Source: a virus (lineage: Duplodnaviria; Caudoviricetes). Taken from it: a stretch of 39,066 nucleotides of DNA. Location of the stretch: positions 1 to 39,066 of the IMG/VR virus record IMGVR_UViG_3300011338_000235; one strand, given 5' to 3'. This document shows, piece by piece, positions 24,342 through 33,500 of the stretch. The notes beneath the pieces are model-generated. The model did no database searches and was not told the DNA's origin. It saw only the letters and a program-made list of their open reading frames with translations. How positions within the stretch are numbered: position 1 is the stretch's first letter; every line of letters begins with the position of its first letter. A program made the translations under genes and the position numbers.

Positions 24342-24613
24342 CAACACAACAACCCGATGCCCTGCGGCTGGCTGACATGATTGAAGCGTGTTGGGCACCC
24401 GGAAGCTACCCAGCCGCCGCCGAACTGCGCCGGTTGCATGATGAAGTGCAGCAACTTAAATCTGATTTAAGCGAAGAAGTTTTGATAAGCAACGCAATGC
24501 TTGAAGTGAAGGATGAGTTGTTGGCGGCGTTGAAAGACCTGTTGGCTGAAACTGGTGGCCTTAACCGCTCAGTTCGTGCCGCAATAGCAAAAGCAGAAAG
24601 GACAACGACATGA
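24338..24613 (+). CDS. Hypothetical protein
   Basis: PDALRLAD...AAAELRRLH...ELLAALK...AAIAKAE mosaic motifs. Confidence 0.75.
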   Translation: MTTQQPDALRLADMIEACWAPGSYPAAAELRRLHDEVQQLKSDLSEEVLISNAMLEVKDELLAALKDLLAETGGLNRSVRAAIAKAERTTT

Positions 24614-24726
24614 AAGACGATGACGAAAACCTTTTTGCCTACGGCTGGCTTGACACCGCTATTGCGATCATCTTGGCGCTATGCACACTCGCGGCGTTGT
24701 TCTTTGCGCTGGGGTATCTGCTATGA
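24610..24726 (+). CDS. Single-TM micropeptide, 38 aa (MKDDDENLFAYGWLDTAIAIILALCTLAALFFALGYLL)
   Basis: Hand-translated; AAGGA SD; ATGA coupling at both ends. Confidence 0.65.
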   Translation: MKDDDENLFAYGWLDTAIAIILALCTLAALFFALGYLL

Positions 24727-24905
24727 ACGACGAAGCAGACACGCTGACGATTGTGTACCAGCGTGGTTTTGCAGATGGCAAGAAAGCAGCACAGCGCAAG
24801 CCGCTGACGAATGAGCAAATTAGCGCAGCGTCGAAAGGTCACATGACGAGAAATGGCTTTGCCCGAGCTATCGAAGCCGCCCATCAAATAGGAGTTGAAA
24901 AATGA
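24723..24905 (+). CDS. Hypothetical protein
   Basis: MNDEADTL...RKPLTNEQI...FARAIEAAH; coupled. Confidence 0.7.
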   Translation: MNDEADTLTIVYQRGFADGKKAAQRKPLTNEQISAASKGHMTRNGFARAIEAAHQIGVEK

Positions 24906-25417
24906 AGTTTTATCCGCTGCCGCCGATTGATTTGGTGCGTGAACTGTTGAGCTATTGCCCTGAGACTGGCGTTTTTAAATGGAAAGTCACACTAAGCAAC
25001 CGAGCAAAAGCTGGAGAAAAAGCTGGAGCGCCAAACACCAAAGGCTATGTGTCAATCAAAATCAATGGTAGGCAATACAAGGCACACCGCCTTGCATGGT
25101 TTTACGTCCATGGGGAAGACCCCGGCGATCATGAAATTGACCATAAAGATTTGAGCAAGGGTAACAATTGCATTGGAAACCTACGGCTTGCAACGCGTAA
25201 ACAAAACAATGAAAACATGCCAACGCCAAAGAACAATACATCAGGAATTCGCGGTGTCAGTCATCAAAAGCAAGACAATATTTGGACGGCATACATCTAC
25301 CATAACAAAAAACGTATTCATCTTGGAAGTTTCAGAAGTGTTGAGTCTGCCGCTTTAGTCCGCAGGAAAGCAGAGATTCAGATGTTCACTCATTCCGGCA
25401 TTAAGGAGCAACCATGA
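24902..25417 (+). CDS. HNH homing endonuclease with AP2-like C-terminal domain
   Basis: LSYCPETGVFKW, YKAHRLAW, IDHKD...NN.IGNLRLAT..QN, NTSGIRGV, HLGSF. Confidence 0.9.
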   Translation: MKFYPLPPIDLVRELLSYCPETGVFKWKVTLSNRAKAGEKAGAPNTKGYVSIKINGRQYKAHRLAWFYVHGEDPGDHEIDHKDLSKGNNCIGNLRLATRKQNNENMPTPKNNTSGIRGVSHQKQDNIWTAYIYHNKKRIHLGSFRSVESAALVRRKAEIQMFTHSGIKEQP

Positions 25418-25893
25418 CTGACCTAAAACAAGCCGCGCAAGCAGTGGTAGATCGCTGGGACTCGCTGTCGTGGAGTTGGAGTGAGAAAACCCCAACTGCT
25501 AATTTGATAGCCGCTCTACGCACCGCGCTGGAGCAGGAGCAAGCCGAGCCAGTGTCTATGCGTATGCCAAAGGTAGGCGACCGGGTGATTTGCCTTGAAG
25601 ACGAAAGCCTTGGGGAGGTTGTGTCTTTGACTGCTGGTGGATCGCCAGACATTACGTTTGAGGATGGCACCCGAGGGACATATTTGTTGCGCGAGTTTGC
25701 CGAACTTTTTGGCTATGTTGCCTCACCCCAGCAAGACGAACCACCCCAGCGCCAATGGGTAGGGCTGACGGATAAAGAAATTGAGGCTGTTGTTGAGCAA
25801 GTTGCAAATGGGAAATTAGTTGGAACAGTGCAAGAATTCAGAATTCGCTTTTCGAGAGCCATTGAAGCCAAACTCAAGGAGAAGAACACATGA
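25414..25893 (+). CDS. Mosaic nin-region hypothetical protein
   Basis: AAGGAG SD; ends QWVGLTD.EI...RAIEAKLKEKNT. Confidence 0.75.
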   Translation: MTDLKQAAQAVVDRWDSLSWSWSEKTPTANLIAALRTALEQEQAEPVSMRMPKVGDRVICLEDESLGEVVSLTAGGSPDITFEDGTRGTYLLREFAELFGYVASPQQDEPPQRQWVGLTDKEIEAVVEQVANGKLVGTVQEFRIRFSRAIEAKLKEKNT

Positions 25894-26129
25894 CAGAAGA
25901 CGAAGCCTTTGAAGATTTGGAGAGACAGATAAAGTACCGCCTGGACAGCACCAGATCAACAGTGGTAGCTGATGATTACTACTGGATTCCGATTGACCAA
26001 AACACACCGACTGGCATGAAAGTCTTGTTGCTTGGCAGGTCAGGCGTGGCTACGATGGGACACTACGAAAATCAGCCTGGATCGCAGTTTTGGACGCATT
26101 GGGCTCCATTACCGAGAAAACGCCCTTGA
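25890..26129 (+). CDS. Hypothetical protein (DUF551-like C-terminus)
   Basis: WIPIDQNTP...VLL...WTHWAPLP. Confidence 0.7.
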   Translation: MTEDEAFEDLERQIKYRLDSTRSTVVADDYYWIPIDQNTPTGMKVLLLGRSGVATMGHYENQPGSQFWTHWAPLPRKRP

Positions 26130-26335
26130 AACGTCCCACCCAAAATCTTGAGGTGGTGTACACAATCAAACTCAGCAAGGTACAGCGTATTAAGCTGATG
26201 CAGTTGGGTGGGCCACAATGGATAAGGAATCAAATTGAGCGATCTACCGAACTTTGCGGCTTGGGAGCGAACGACATTGGACAAATTTGCTCTGGACGCC
26301 TACCTGAGACTACAAGCCCAGCAAGAGGCGCTTGA
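26126..26335 (+). CDS. Possible small DNA-binding protein
   Basis: TTGA overlap start; YTIKLSKVQRIKLMQLGGPQWIRNQIE has a ribbon-helix-helix-like pattern; the 3' half overlaps the next ORF. Confidence 0.45.
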   Translation: MKRPTQNLEVVYTIKLSKVQRIKLMQLGGPQWIRNQIERSTELCGLGANDIGQICSGRLPETTSPARGA

Positions 26336-26411
26336 GCAACTACGGCAAGACCTGCGGGATGCTATGGCGCTGTTACGTAAATGTACGTGTGCCGCTGCGG
26401 TCAATGATTAG
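26235..26411 (+). CDS. Hypothetical protein, 58 aa (MSDLPNFAAWERTTLDKFALDAY...)
   Basis: Hand-translated; TAAGGA SD, TTG start; its 3' end overlaps the convergent endolysin. Confidence 0.6.
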   Translation: MSDLPNFAAWERTTLDKFALDAYLRLQAQQEALEQLRQDLRDAMALLRKCTCAAAVND

Positions 26412-26777
26412 TGCTTGACGCCGAGGCTTGTCAGCAATGCTGATGTGCGTCCAGGCGTCGTACTCGCGGATGATCTGGTCATAGGGTAGTTTGAGCAAAG
26501 CCCTTACAACGGCGTCAGGAGCCATCCCAGGCACTTTAAAGTCAGCAGCTAGTCCTTGCCTATGCTGAGAGGTGTCTTTGCTGCCCACAGCGTCATTTAC
26601 GGCCTTGGAGCGAAACGCTGAGTTGATCATTATTGGCTTGCCGCCCAATGTGGTTTTGACAGTCTCCAGAAACTCAGCCAGCCGCTTGATGTTAACCAAC
26701 TCAGCAGCGTTTGGCGTGTTGTCCAGCAGCCGGTGGTCAGTGTGCGTCAACTCGGCAAGCGTAAAGTGTGGGGTCAT
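26373..26777 (-). CDS. Endolysin, peptidase M15A family
   Basis: TPHFTLAEL, INSAFRS..VN.AVG....SQH..G.AAD, WTHIS. Confidence 0.9.
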   Translation of the reverse strand: MTPHFTLAELTHTDHRLLDNTPNAAELVNIKRLAEFLETVKTTLGGKPIMINSAFRSKAVNDAVGSKDTSQHRQGLAADFKVPGMAPDAVVRALLKLPYDQIIREYDAWTHISIADKPRRQALIIDRSGTRTFT

Positions 26778-27259
26778 TTTTTGCTCAACAAATCAGTTTT
26801 GGCTTGGCTGCCAGCAGAGGAACCAAAGTAGTAAGCAATGATGCCCGTCCAGGCTGTGCCAAGACTGCCCAACATCATCAAAATAGCGGGGTTGGCGCTG
26901 TCAATCTTGTTGAAGAACATCATCACCATGATGCTAAAGAATCCAATGGTGACAGCGCCAGCAAGCAATGGCGGCATCATTGAGCGAGTCGTGGCCTGCA
27001 TATCTCTTGCGCTCTTGCGGTCTTCAACCTCTAGCTTTTCAAAGTTCAAGCCAAGTTCTTGCGCCTGCTTCTGCAATTCAATCTCAGCCAGCTTGACTTG
27101 CGCGATCTGGTCGGCGGTTAGCTTGTTGTTGCTGATCATGTCCTGCACTTGGTCAGGCTCTACGCCAATGGCTTTGGATATAGCTGATACCGCCATGCCA
27201 GCTAGGGGGCCACCTAGTGCGGTGGCAATAGTCGGTGCAATCTGTTTGAGCCAGTCCAT
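26774..27259 (-). CDS. Putative holin
   Basis: Start MDWLKQIAPTIATALGGPLAG; DRKSARDM; two C-terminal TM segments; YYFGSSAGS; adjacent to the endolysin. Confidence 0.7.
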   Translation of the reverse strand: MDWLKQIAPTIATALGGPLAGMAVSAISKAIGVEPDQVQDMISNNKLTADQIAQVKLAEIELQKQAQELGLNFEKLEVEDRKSARDMQATTRSMMPPLLAGAVTIGFFSIMVMMFFNKIDSANPAILMMLGSLGTAWTGIIAYYFGSSAGSQAKTDLLSKK

Positions 27260-27264
27260 ATTGG

Positions 27265-27720
27265 TTATCCCTTCAGGTCGAAACTTAGGTTTGCGTGGCG
27301 GGGGTACTGAACCACACGCTCCCCTTCTGGACATTTGTACTTGATTGTTGCCAACAGAGTTGCTGATCCAGGCGCAATTTTCTCTTTTCTCACCATTGTC
27401 AACTGGTACGTGAAGGTATCAATCTCTGGCCCTGCTGGGCCGCTGAACTTACTGGCGGTAGTGGTCGCCTCATGCACCATGCCTGCGGCATCGCGGACAC
27501 TAGGCGTAAAACTCTCTACTGAGCAATCATCACGTTTTTTTACCCGAGCCACGGTGACGTTGATGGGCTTGCCGACCTCTGCCATGATCTTGAAATGCTC
27601 TGGATGCCACTCAAGAATGGCCCTGTCAAACCATCCAAACTTGTCGGCAAGGGTGTAGCCCCCACCAATGGCTGCAATGCTGGCTGCAACTGCTCCAATG
27701 GCTTTGGTGACGTCAATCAT
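27265..27720 (-). CDS. Membrane-anchored hypothetical protein in the lysis cassette
   Basis: N-terminal hydrophobic helix, beta-rich domain with two Cys. Confidence 0.6.
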   Translation of the reverse strand: MIDVTKAIGAVAASIAAIGGGYTLADKFGWFDRAILEWHPEHFKIMAEVGKPINVTVARVKKRDDCSVESFTPSVRDAAGMVHEATTTASKFSGPAGPEIDTFTYQLTMVRKEKIAPGSATLLATIKYKCPEGERVVQYPRHANLSFDLKG

Positions 27721-27971
27721 TTTTTCCAGAATTGGACAAGTGAATAGACAATAGCTGCTGCTGCCCAGACGCCAACGCCACGGTTAACCCACTGATCGAC
27801 TTTGCGGTCAACGCGCTGCAATGCAGCATCATGGATGCCAATCTTGACTTCCACGTTTCCGATGCGTTCGCCCTGGGTAGCCTGCCGTTCCTCGAACAAA
27901 ATCAGCTTGCCAACAGCATCCGTCAGCTTGTCAACCTTGCTCTCTAGGCGGCGGAAATCATCGTCAGTCAT
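27717..27971 (-). CDS. Coiled-coil protein with C-terminal TM (lysis-associated, XhlA-like architecture)
   Basis: Heptad pattern followed by GVGVWAAAAIVYSLV. Confidence 0.6.
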   Translation of the reverse strand: MTDDDFRRLESKVDKLTDAVGKLILFEERQATQGERIGNVEVKIGIHDAALQRVDRKVDQWVNRGVGVWAAAAIVYSLVQFWKK

Positions 27972-28765
27972 CTGAATGTCCCGTTGTTGATAGCATCTAG
28001 CAGACGCTTGCCGTACTTCTCCACTGCCGCCTTGGTGATGACGTACTCACCGCCCTGCAACGCCCCGTAGCCATCGTCTGGTGCAGGAGCGCGGCCCATC
28101 AGGCGGTCGGGTGTGACCATGCCGCCTTGGTTGTAACCCAGATCAGAAGCAGATTCAGGACTGCCGCCAAATTCACCAGTGCCAACGCCGCCACCAAAAC
28201 CGCCACCAAAGCCAGCAGGACTGCCACCAAATCCGCCGCCAAAAGTGTCCAAAGCCGTTCCGGTAACAGATGGCTGCGACACTGGTGAACTCATAGCTTC
28301 ATAAGCCATAGGGGCCAAACTCGTCCCAGTAATACTTGGTTGCTCCATTGGGCCACCAACGGTAGGCCCACTAAAGCCTAGCCTGTCGCCGCTGTCGTCA
28401 ACGTAATTATCAACGGTTGGCGCATCGTACAAGCCTTTCTCACTCGCCTGAAACCCTTGTCTAGCCACATCCATTGCTGCATTCGCAGGCGCAAGCTGTG
28501 AAGCCTCGTAGGCGGACATACCTGCGTTGGCTAACCTTCCAATGTTGAACGCCGTACCAACACCGGGAACCATGCTAAGACCAAAACGCGCGCCGGGAGA
28601 CATATTGTTATAGAAATCCCGAAAGCTAGACCGATCCTGCGCTGGGCCTAGCCCCATTGGGCCAGATGGCGGGGCGTTACCACCGCCCTGATAGCCCTCG
28701 CCACCCATCATGTTCTGCCGCTGACGCTTACGCAGCATCTCGTTGAAAGCATTGAGGTAGTACAT
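27968..28765 (-). CDS. Gly-rich low-complexity protein, possible minor internal virion protein
   Basis: Follows the ejection genes; C-terminal GGMV...DDG...LQGGEYVITKAAVEKYG..LLDAIN motif. Confidence 0.6.
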   Translation of the reverse strand: MYYLNAFNEMLRKRQRQNMMGGEGYQGGGNAPPSGPMGLGPAQDRSSFRDFYNNMSPGARFGLSMVPGVGTAFNIGRLANAGMSAYEASQLAPANAAMDVARQGFQASEKGLYDAPTVDNYVDDSGDRLGFSGPTVGGPMEQPSITGTSLAPMAYEAMSSPVSQPSVTGTALDTFGGGFGGSPAGFGGGFGGGVGTGEFGGSPESASDLGYNQGGMVTPDRLMGRAPAPDDGYGALQGGEYVITKAAVEKYGKRLLDAINNGTFR

Positions 28766-28780
28766 ATCAAGCCTTGGGTG

Positions 28781-30508
28781 TTACTGTGGGCCTATCATGG
28801 CGTTTTGGTTGGGCTGATTGGTAAATGTTGGCAAACCCATCAAAGAACGCAAAACTGCTTCATTGCTACCAGCCAGCGCGTTAACGCCCGGACGATTGTA
28901 AGTTGGGATAGCACGGTTCTGGGCAAACGGAGACATCAAGTAGCTTCGTGCTGCGCCAGAAATAATTTGCGGTGCCAATGCGCCAGCAACAGCGCCCATA
29001 CCTGCGCCGTATGGGCCGCCTAAAGCGTTGCCGCCTAAACCTCCAACCCCCATGCCAACGGTATTCATCATGGTTTGAGCGCCGGGAGTTCCCATAGTTC
29101 CTGGTGGCGTCATAACGGGCCGCGCAATGTTTGCAAAACGCGCTATCAAATCCAAGTCGCCGCTAAAGTATCGGCCTCTGGTCTGCAAATCATTTGCTAA
29201 TGTTCGCGCATTAACAGACCCGCCACCTTCCACAATTGCATCTTCTACAGAATGACTAATTGCCATTCTTTGCCGAGAAGCGCGGAACTGGTCTAGCATT
29301 GCTTGAGTGTTGGGGTTGCCTGCTTGGGTTAATTGCCTTTCAATCTGGTCTTCCAATGCGTTGCTGATAGCGCGTTGAGCCAAACCAACAGAGGCATTGT
29401 CACCGCCAGCGCGAATATTTGCTCTGGCTTGTTCTCGCAATGTTCGCGTAGCTCCAATTGCGTCAGCCGAGTTAAATTGACCAACACGATAACTGTTAAC
29501 CAAATTTAACACTGGTTGAGGAATTGCGCCGGGGAATGACTGTCCGGGGCCAGTGTACGCAGCCAACACATCGTCAAGCGCAGTGTTAAATTGCGGGTCT
29601 GTAGGTACAGCGCCAATACGGTTTAATGGCTCATAACCTAGTTGGTATTCGTCCCTACGAATTTGCTGCATATTGGCGCGGGTTAGCGGATCATTTGTGC
29701 CAATGCCAGCCGCTCGTCGTGCAAGCCTATCAGTAACTTGTTGGTTTTCAACCGATGCTTGTTGTTGCGTTCGCGTTTTTCCAGCAATACGCTCCAACAA
29801 AACATTTTGTACGTTAGGCGTTACGCTCCCAGGAGTTGTCAAATAGCCTTCAGCTTGCGCCTGCCGAATGGTCAAATCACGAACTGCGTTGCGTTGCTGC
29901 TGGGCTTGTAAGTTGGCTTGTTGAGCGCGAGCAGCGCCAATGGCAAGCCCAGGCACCGCCATAGACGTAGCAGCCCCAAACAACGGCTCTCCAGTAACTT
30001 CAGTAACGGCCTGACCAGCAGCCCCAGCACCACCACCCACAGCAGCCATAGTGCCTGCTGCGCGAGTTTGCCCCATCAACGTAGGCGCAGCGGCGCGTAT
30101 GGCAGATGCACCGCCCAGCAACCCGCCTGTAGCCCCTTGAATCGTAACGTCCAACCCTCGTTGAAACGGCGTAGTTTCGCCTTGTGGCTGTTTAATAAAG
30201 CCAGCACGTTGTAAGGCTGACGCAACAGGTTGCCGAGGTGCTGTTACCTCTGGTGCTAAGTCTGGTCGGCCTGCCGCAGTCATTGCTGTGCCATAGCCCA
30301 TTTTTGCAAGATTAGCAATATTTTCAGGCGCGGTAAGAAATACATCCGCAGCGCCTGCCAGTGCTTTGTATGGCGCACTGGTAATGATATCCATCGTAGA
30401 CGCCTCGCGTTTAGGCGCAGGCATTTCAGACGGAGCGGCTTGACCAGCAGCCTTGGCCTCTAGTTCAGCTATCCTACGCAAGGCCATCAATTCTTCGCGG
30501 GGATCCAT
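28781..30508 (-). CDS. Internal virion / DNA ejection protein
   Basis: 575 aa, Ala/Gly/Gln-rich helical with glycine-zipper hydrophobic stretches; third of the post-needle trio (P22 gp16 position). Confidence 0.65.
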   Translation of the reverse strand: MDPREELMALRRIAELEAKAAGQAAPSEMPAPKREASTMDIITSAPYKALAGAADVFLTAPENIANLAKMGYGTAMTAAGRPDLAPEVTAPRQPVASALQRAGFIKQPQGETTPFQRGLDVTIQGATGGLLGGASAIRAAAPTLMGQTRAAGTMAAVGGGAGAAGQAVTEVTGEPLFGAATSMAVPGLAIGAARAQQANLQAQQQRNAVRDLTIRQAQAEGYLTTPGSVTPNVQNVLLERIAGKTRTQQQASVENQQVTDRLARRAAGIGTNDPLTRANMQQIRRDEYQLGYEPLNRIGAVPTDPQFNTALDDVLAAYTGPGQSFPGAIPQPVLNLVNSYRVGQFNSADAIGATRTLREQARANIRAGGDNASVGLAQRAISNALEDQIERQLTQAGNPNTQAMLDQFRASRQRMAISHSVEDAIVEGGGSVNARTLANDLQTRGRYFSGDLDLIARFANIARPVMTPPGTMGTPGAQTMMNTVGMGVGGLGGNALGGPYGAGMGAVAGALAPQIISGAARSYLMSPFAQNRAIPTYNRPGVNALAGSNEAVLRSLMGLPTFTNQPNQNAMIGPQ

Positions 30509-31968
30509 TATTTTTTCCCCCCAACTTGTTTACGCAGTTGATCTAACTCTGCTTGTTCTGCTGAAGACAATCCGCCAGCCGCCGCTGGTGCTGGTGCAGA
30601 GTACTTTTTAAGACCTGGGCGATCAAACAGTGACTTGCCACCTTCACCACCAAACCAAGCGTTTTCAGCGCCGTCATAAGTTTTGTTGGTTTTGTACCAG
30701 CGATCATAAAAGTTGCGTTGATCAATATCTCGACGCAATAGTTCGCCAGCCATTGACAAAATAAACTCGTTGGCTTGTTTAGTCTTGCCCAACTGCGCTC
30801 CAATTTGTTCAATACGGCGAGCGTCCGATTCCGTCTGTGGGCCTTTTTGTTCCAACTGCTTTTGCAACACGGCGCTAATAGCATTTGATTGAAACTTTTG
30901 GGTATCAGTAGCAAATTTGGCGGCTTCTGGTACTCCTAACGAGGCCAACACACTAGCGCCTGCGGCAATTGTTTCTTTACCAAAGCCAGTATCAAAACCT
31001 TTGTTTAGCGCGTTTAAATTTACCTCAATTGACGGCAGCGTTCTAGCTGCAAGCCCAGCAGCTTTAGCAATGTCGCTATATTGATCAACTAACATCTTAC
31101 CGCGAGCGCCCTGTTCGGCTCTTTCCGAAACCATAGTTATGTTTGTATTTGCCGGAGGCGCAAACTGAGTTTCTTTTTTAATTGCCGCCAAATAATCTGC
31201 GCGTCGTGGATCGCCCGGAGGCATGGCAGCTAGTTCTGATTGAAGTCTAGCTAAAGGGCTTGGCGCTCCTGCCGCAGGAGACAACCTAGCAATGTCTTTA
31301 TCTAGCCGGTCAATGGTAGCTTTAACGCGAGGGTCTTGATTGGAGAGTGCCGATAGCCTTTCGCGTTGGGTAAGTTTGCTTTGCAGTTCTCCCGATACTG
31401 CTGGCGCAACCATAGCATTAGCAGGCGCGGCTGGTGCAGCCATAGCGTTAGCCATTGGCGCTGGTGCAGCAGGAGCCATAGCGTTGGCTTGAGGCATGGC
31501 CTGAGTACTACCCATAGCAGTGGCAAATTCTCTAGTGCTGGCTCGTTGTTTAAGCACTGCATCCAAACCCATAGCTTCGTCTTCTAGGTATTTTTGAAAT
31601 GCAGTGGGTTCATCCGGAACTTCAGCTAAAGCCTGTTCCAACGAACCAAGACGGCTTCTAATTGGGCCAATGTCTGGGTCTGCATATTGCATCTGCACAA
31701 CTCTACGAGCAGCAGCAGGGTCTTTTGAACGCAGTAGCGCGTCTTTGTAAAAAGCTAATCCTTGTGTGACTACCGCAGCTTTGGCAACCCGTTGCTTATC
31801 AGCCTGACCAGCGGCAAACTCCTGCTGGCGCATACCAAACTCTTGCTGTGCTTGGTCGGCTTTCTGCTGGGCCATTGCATTGGCCTGCATTTTCTCTTGG
31901 CCTTGTGAGTAGCCCTCAAAGAAATTTGTCGGGCCGCCTTGGTTAAGAAGTCCAAAATTAAGTGCCAT
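30508..31968 (-). CDS. Internal virion / DNA ejection protein
   Basis: 486 aa Ala/Gln-rich helical protein with KGPQTESDA; P22 gp20 position. Confidence 0.65.
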   Translation of the reverse strand: MALNFGLLNQGGPTNFFEGYSQGQEKMQANAMAQQKADQAQQEFGMRQQEFAAGQADKQRVAKAAVVTQGLAFYKDALLRSKDPAAARRVVQMQYADPDIGPIRSRLGSLEQALAEVPDEPTAFQKYLEDEAMGLDAVLKQRASTREFATAMGSTQAMPQANAMAPAAPAPMANAMAAPAAPANAMVAPAVSGELQSKLTQRERLSALSNQDPRVKATIDRLDKDIARLSPAAGAPSPLARLQSELAAMPPGDPRRADYLAAIKKETQFAPPANTNITMVSERAEQGARGKMLVDQYSDIAKAAGLAARTLPSIEVNLNALNKGFDTGFGKETIAAGASVLASLGVPEAAKFATDTQKFQSNAISAVLQKQLEQKGPQTESDARRIEQIGAQLGKTKQANEFILSMAGELLRRDIDQRNFYDRWYKTNKTYDGAENAWFGGEGGKSLFDRPGLKKYSAPAPAAAGGLSSAEQAELDQLRKQVGGKK

Positions 31969-31970
31969 GA

Positions 31971-32771
31971 TTAGCGCCCCATGTAAGCAGGATCGTACAT
32001 ACCGCCGTACCCTGGCATTGATACCGGGCCTTGAGAACGCCCATAATTTCCAAACATATTGCTAAACCCACCAGACCCAAAGGCTTTTCCAATGTCGCCG
32101 TAGGACGATTGTCTTGCGCGTTCCCCAGCCAGCATAGCGTTGGCAGTGTTATAGCCTTGGTTTTGCATGAGTGGGGCAGAGCCAGTTACAAGTCTTTCCC
32201 CTGCTGTGGCTGCTAGTGCATTGGAAGTCGGGCCAAAGCCAGCTACACCAGCGGCGGCATTTCGCGCAACTTCTTGTCGTCCATAGAAATCTTGGAGTGC
32301 CCGACCATAATCTTGCGTACCCATCTCTTGGCCGTAACGAGTTGCCGCCTTTAACGCACTTCCAGAAAAAATTCTGCCTTCTCGCGCTGCTGTTCTGTCC
32401 AATAATTTCTGGCCTTCTGACAACCGAAACGCATAGCCTGGGTCAGTTCTAAAATCAGCCATCGTAAAGGGCCGAACATACTCGCCGCCTGCGGCAATGC
32501 CTTTTAGGTAGCCCGGAAGCGCATTGACGCCTGCTTGATAGTACGGTTGCTGCCTAGCAATGCTTTCATCGTACATCCGTTGTTGCAACGCCAAAGCACG
32601 GTCGCTAGACGCATTTGCAATCTGCGCCGCCTCACGCGCAGCACCCGTTGCCCCGCCGCCGGTAGCCTCATCAAGACCACCGCCAAGGGCAGCGCCCAGA
32701 GCAGTGCCTGCCGCTGACTCATTGCCAAGAAAATATCCCGCCGCAGCGCCTAATAGTTGACCCCAACCCAT
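31971..32771 (-). CDS. DNA transfer / pilot protein (P22 gp7-like)
   Basis: Gly/Ala N-terminus; QQPYYQAGVNAL, DPGYAFRLSEG, SGSALKAATRYGQ. Confidence 0.78.
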   Translation of the reverse strand: MGWGQLLGAAAGYFLGNESAAGTALGAALGGGLDEATGGGATGAAREAAQIANASSDRALALQQRMYDESIARQQPYYQAGVNALPGYLKGIAAGGEYVRPFTMADFRTDPGYAFRLSEGQKLLDRTAAREGRIFSGSALKAATRYGQEMGTQDYGRALQDFYGRQEVARNAAAGVAGFGPTSNALAATAGERLVTGSAPLMQNQGYNTANAMLAGERARQSSYGDIGKAFGSGGFSNMFGNYGRSQGPVSMPGYGGMYDPAYMGR

Positions 32772-32794
32772 AATCGTTCTCCTTGTTACCTAAC

Positions 32795-33499
32795 CTAAGT
32801 CGCAGGAGTTTGCGCTGTAAGCAAACCGTTTGTAAAAGTCATGCTGCCGTTTGCGCCGAGTGCAGTCAGTTTAGCAGTCACGATTGTGGCGCTAACGCCA
32901 GCAGTGGAAGTGCCTGTCCCGCCATTGGCTATTGGCAGGATACCACTGACTTGCGTAGTCAGACTCACCCCACTCAGCGTACCACCAAGGGTCAAGTTGC
33001 CTGCTGTGGTGACCGTACCTGTCAGCGTGATGCCGTTGACCGTGCCAGTGCCGCCTACGCTGGTCACCGTGCCAGCACCCAAGTTGGCCCTAGCTGCTGC
33101 GGCTGTCGTAGCGCCAGTGCCGCCGTTGGCTATTACCAATGTGCCTGCCAGCACCACCGCGCCAGTTGTTGGGCTGCTGGGGGTAAACCCAGTTGTTCCT
33201 GCGCTAAAACTTAACAGGCCGCTAGATGCCACGGTTATCGTCCCTGCGCCGTTGGTCACAGTAATGCCAGCGCCAGCAGTCAAGGTGTTAAGCGTGTAGC
33301 CCGTGCCGTTGCCAATCAGCAGTTGGCCGTTGGTCGGAATAGTGCCTAACCCCGTGCCTCCGTTGATGACCGGCGTGATACCAAGGCCAGAGCCGGTGAT
33401 GGTGTAGACGTTGTTGAGCCAACGAAACCATTGGGTTGTGATCTGACCGTCTTGGGTAAACATTACCCGAGGCGCAGGGATTTGGGTGACGTTTGCCAT
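32795..33499 (-). CDS. Tail needle / fibre-like protein (P22 gp26 position)
   Basis: IPAPRV...QWFRWL N-terminus; repeated (I/V)ANGGTG motifs; ends MTFTNGLLT. Confidence 0.65.
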   Translation of the reverse strand: MANVTQIPAPRVMFTQDGQITTQWFRWLNNVYTITGSGLGITPVINGGTGLGTIPTNGQLLIGNGTGYTLNTLTAGAGITVTNGAGTITVASSGLLSFSAGTTGFTPSSPTTGAVVLAGTLVIANGGTGATTAAAARANLGAGTVTSVGGTGTVNGITLTGTVTTAGNLTLGGTLSGVSLTTQVSGILPIANGGTGTSTAGVSATIVTAKLTALGANGSMTFTNGLLTAQTPAT

Positions 33500-33500
33500 A

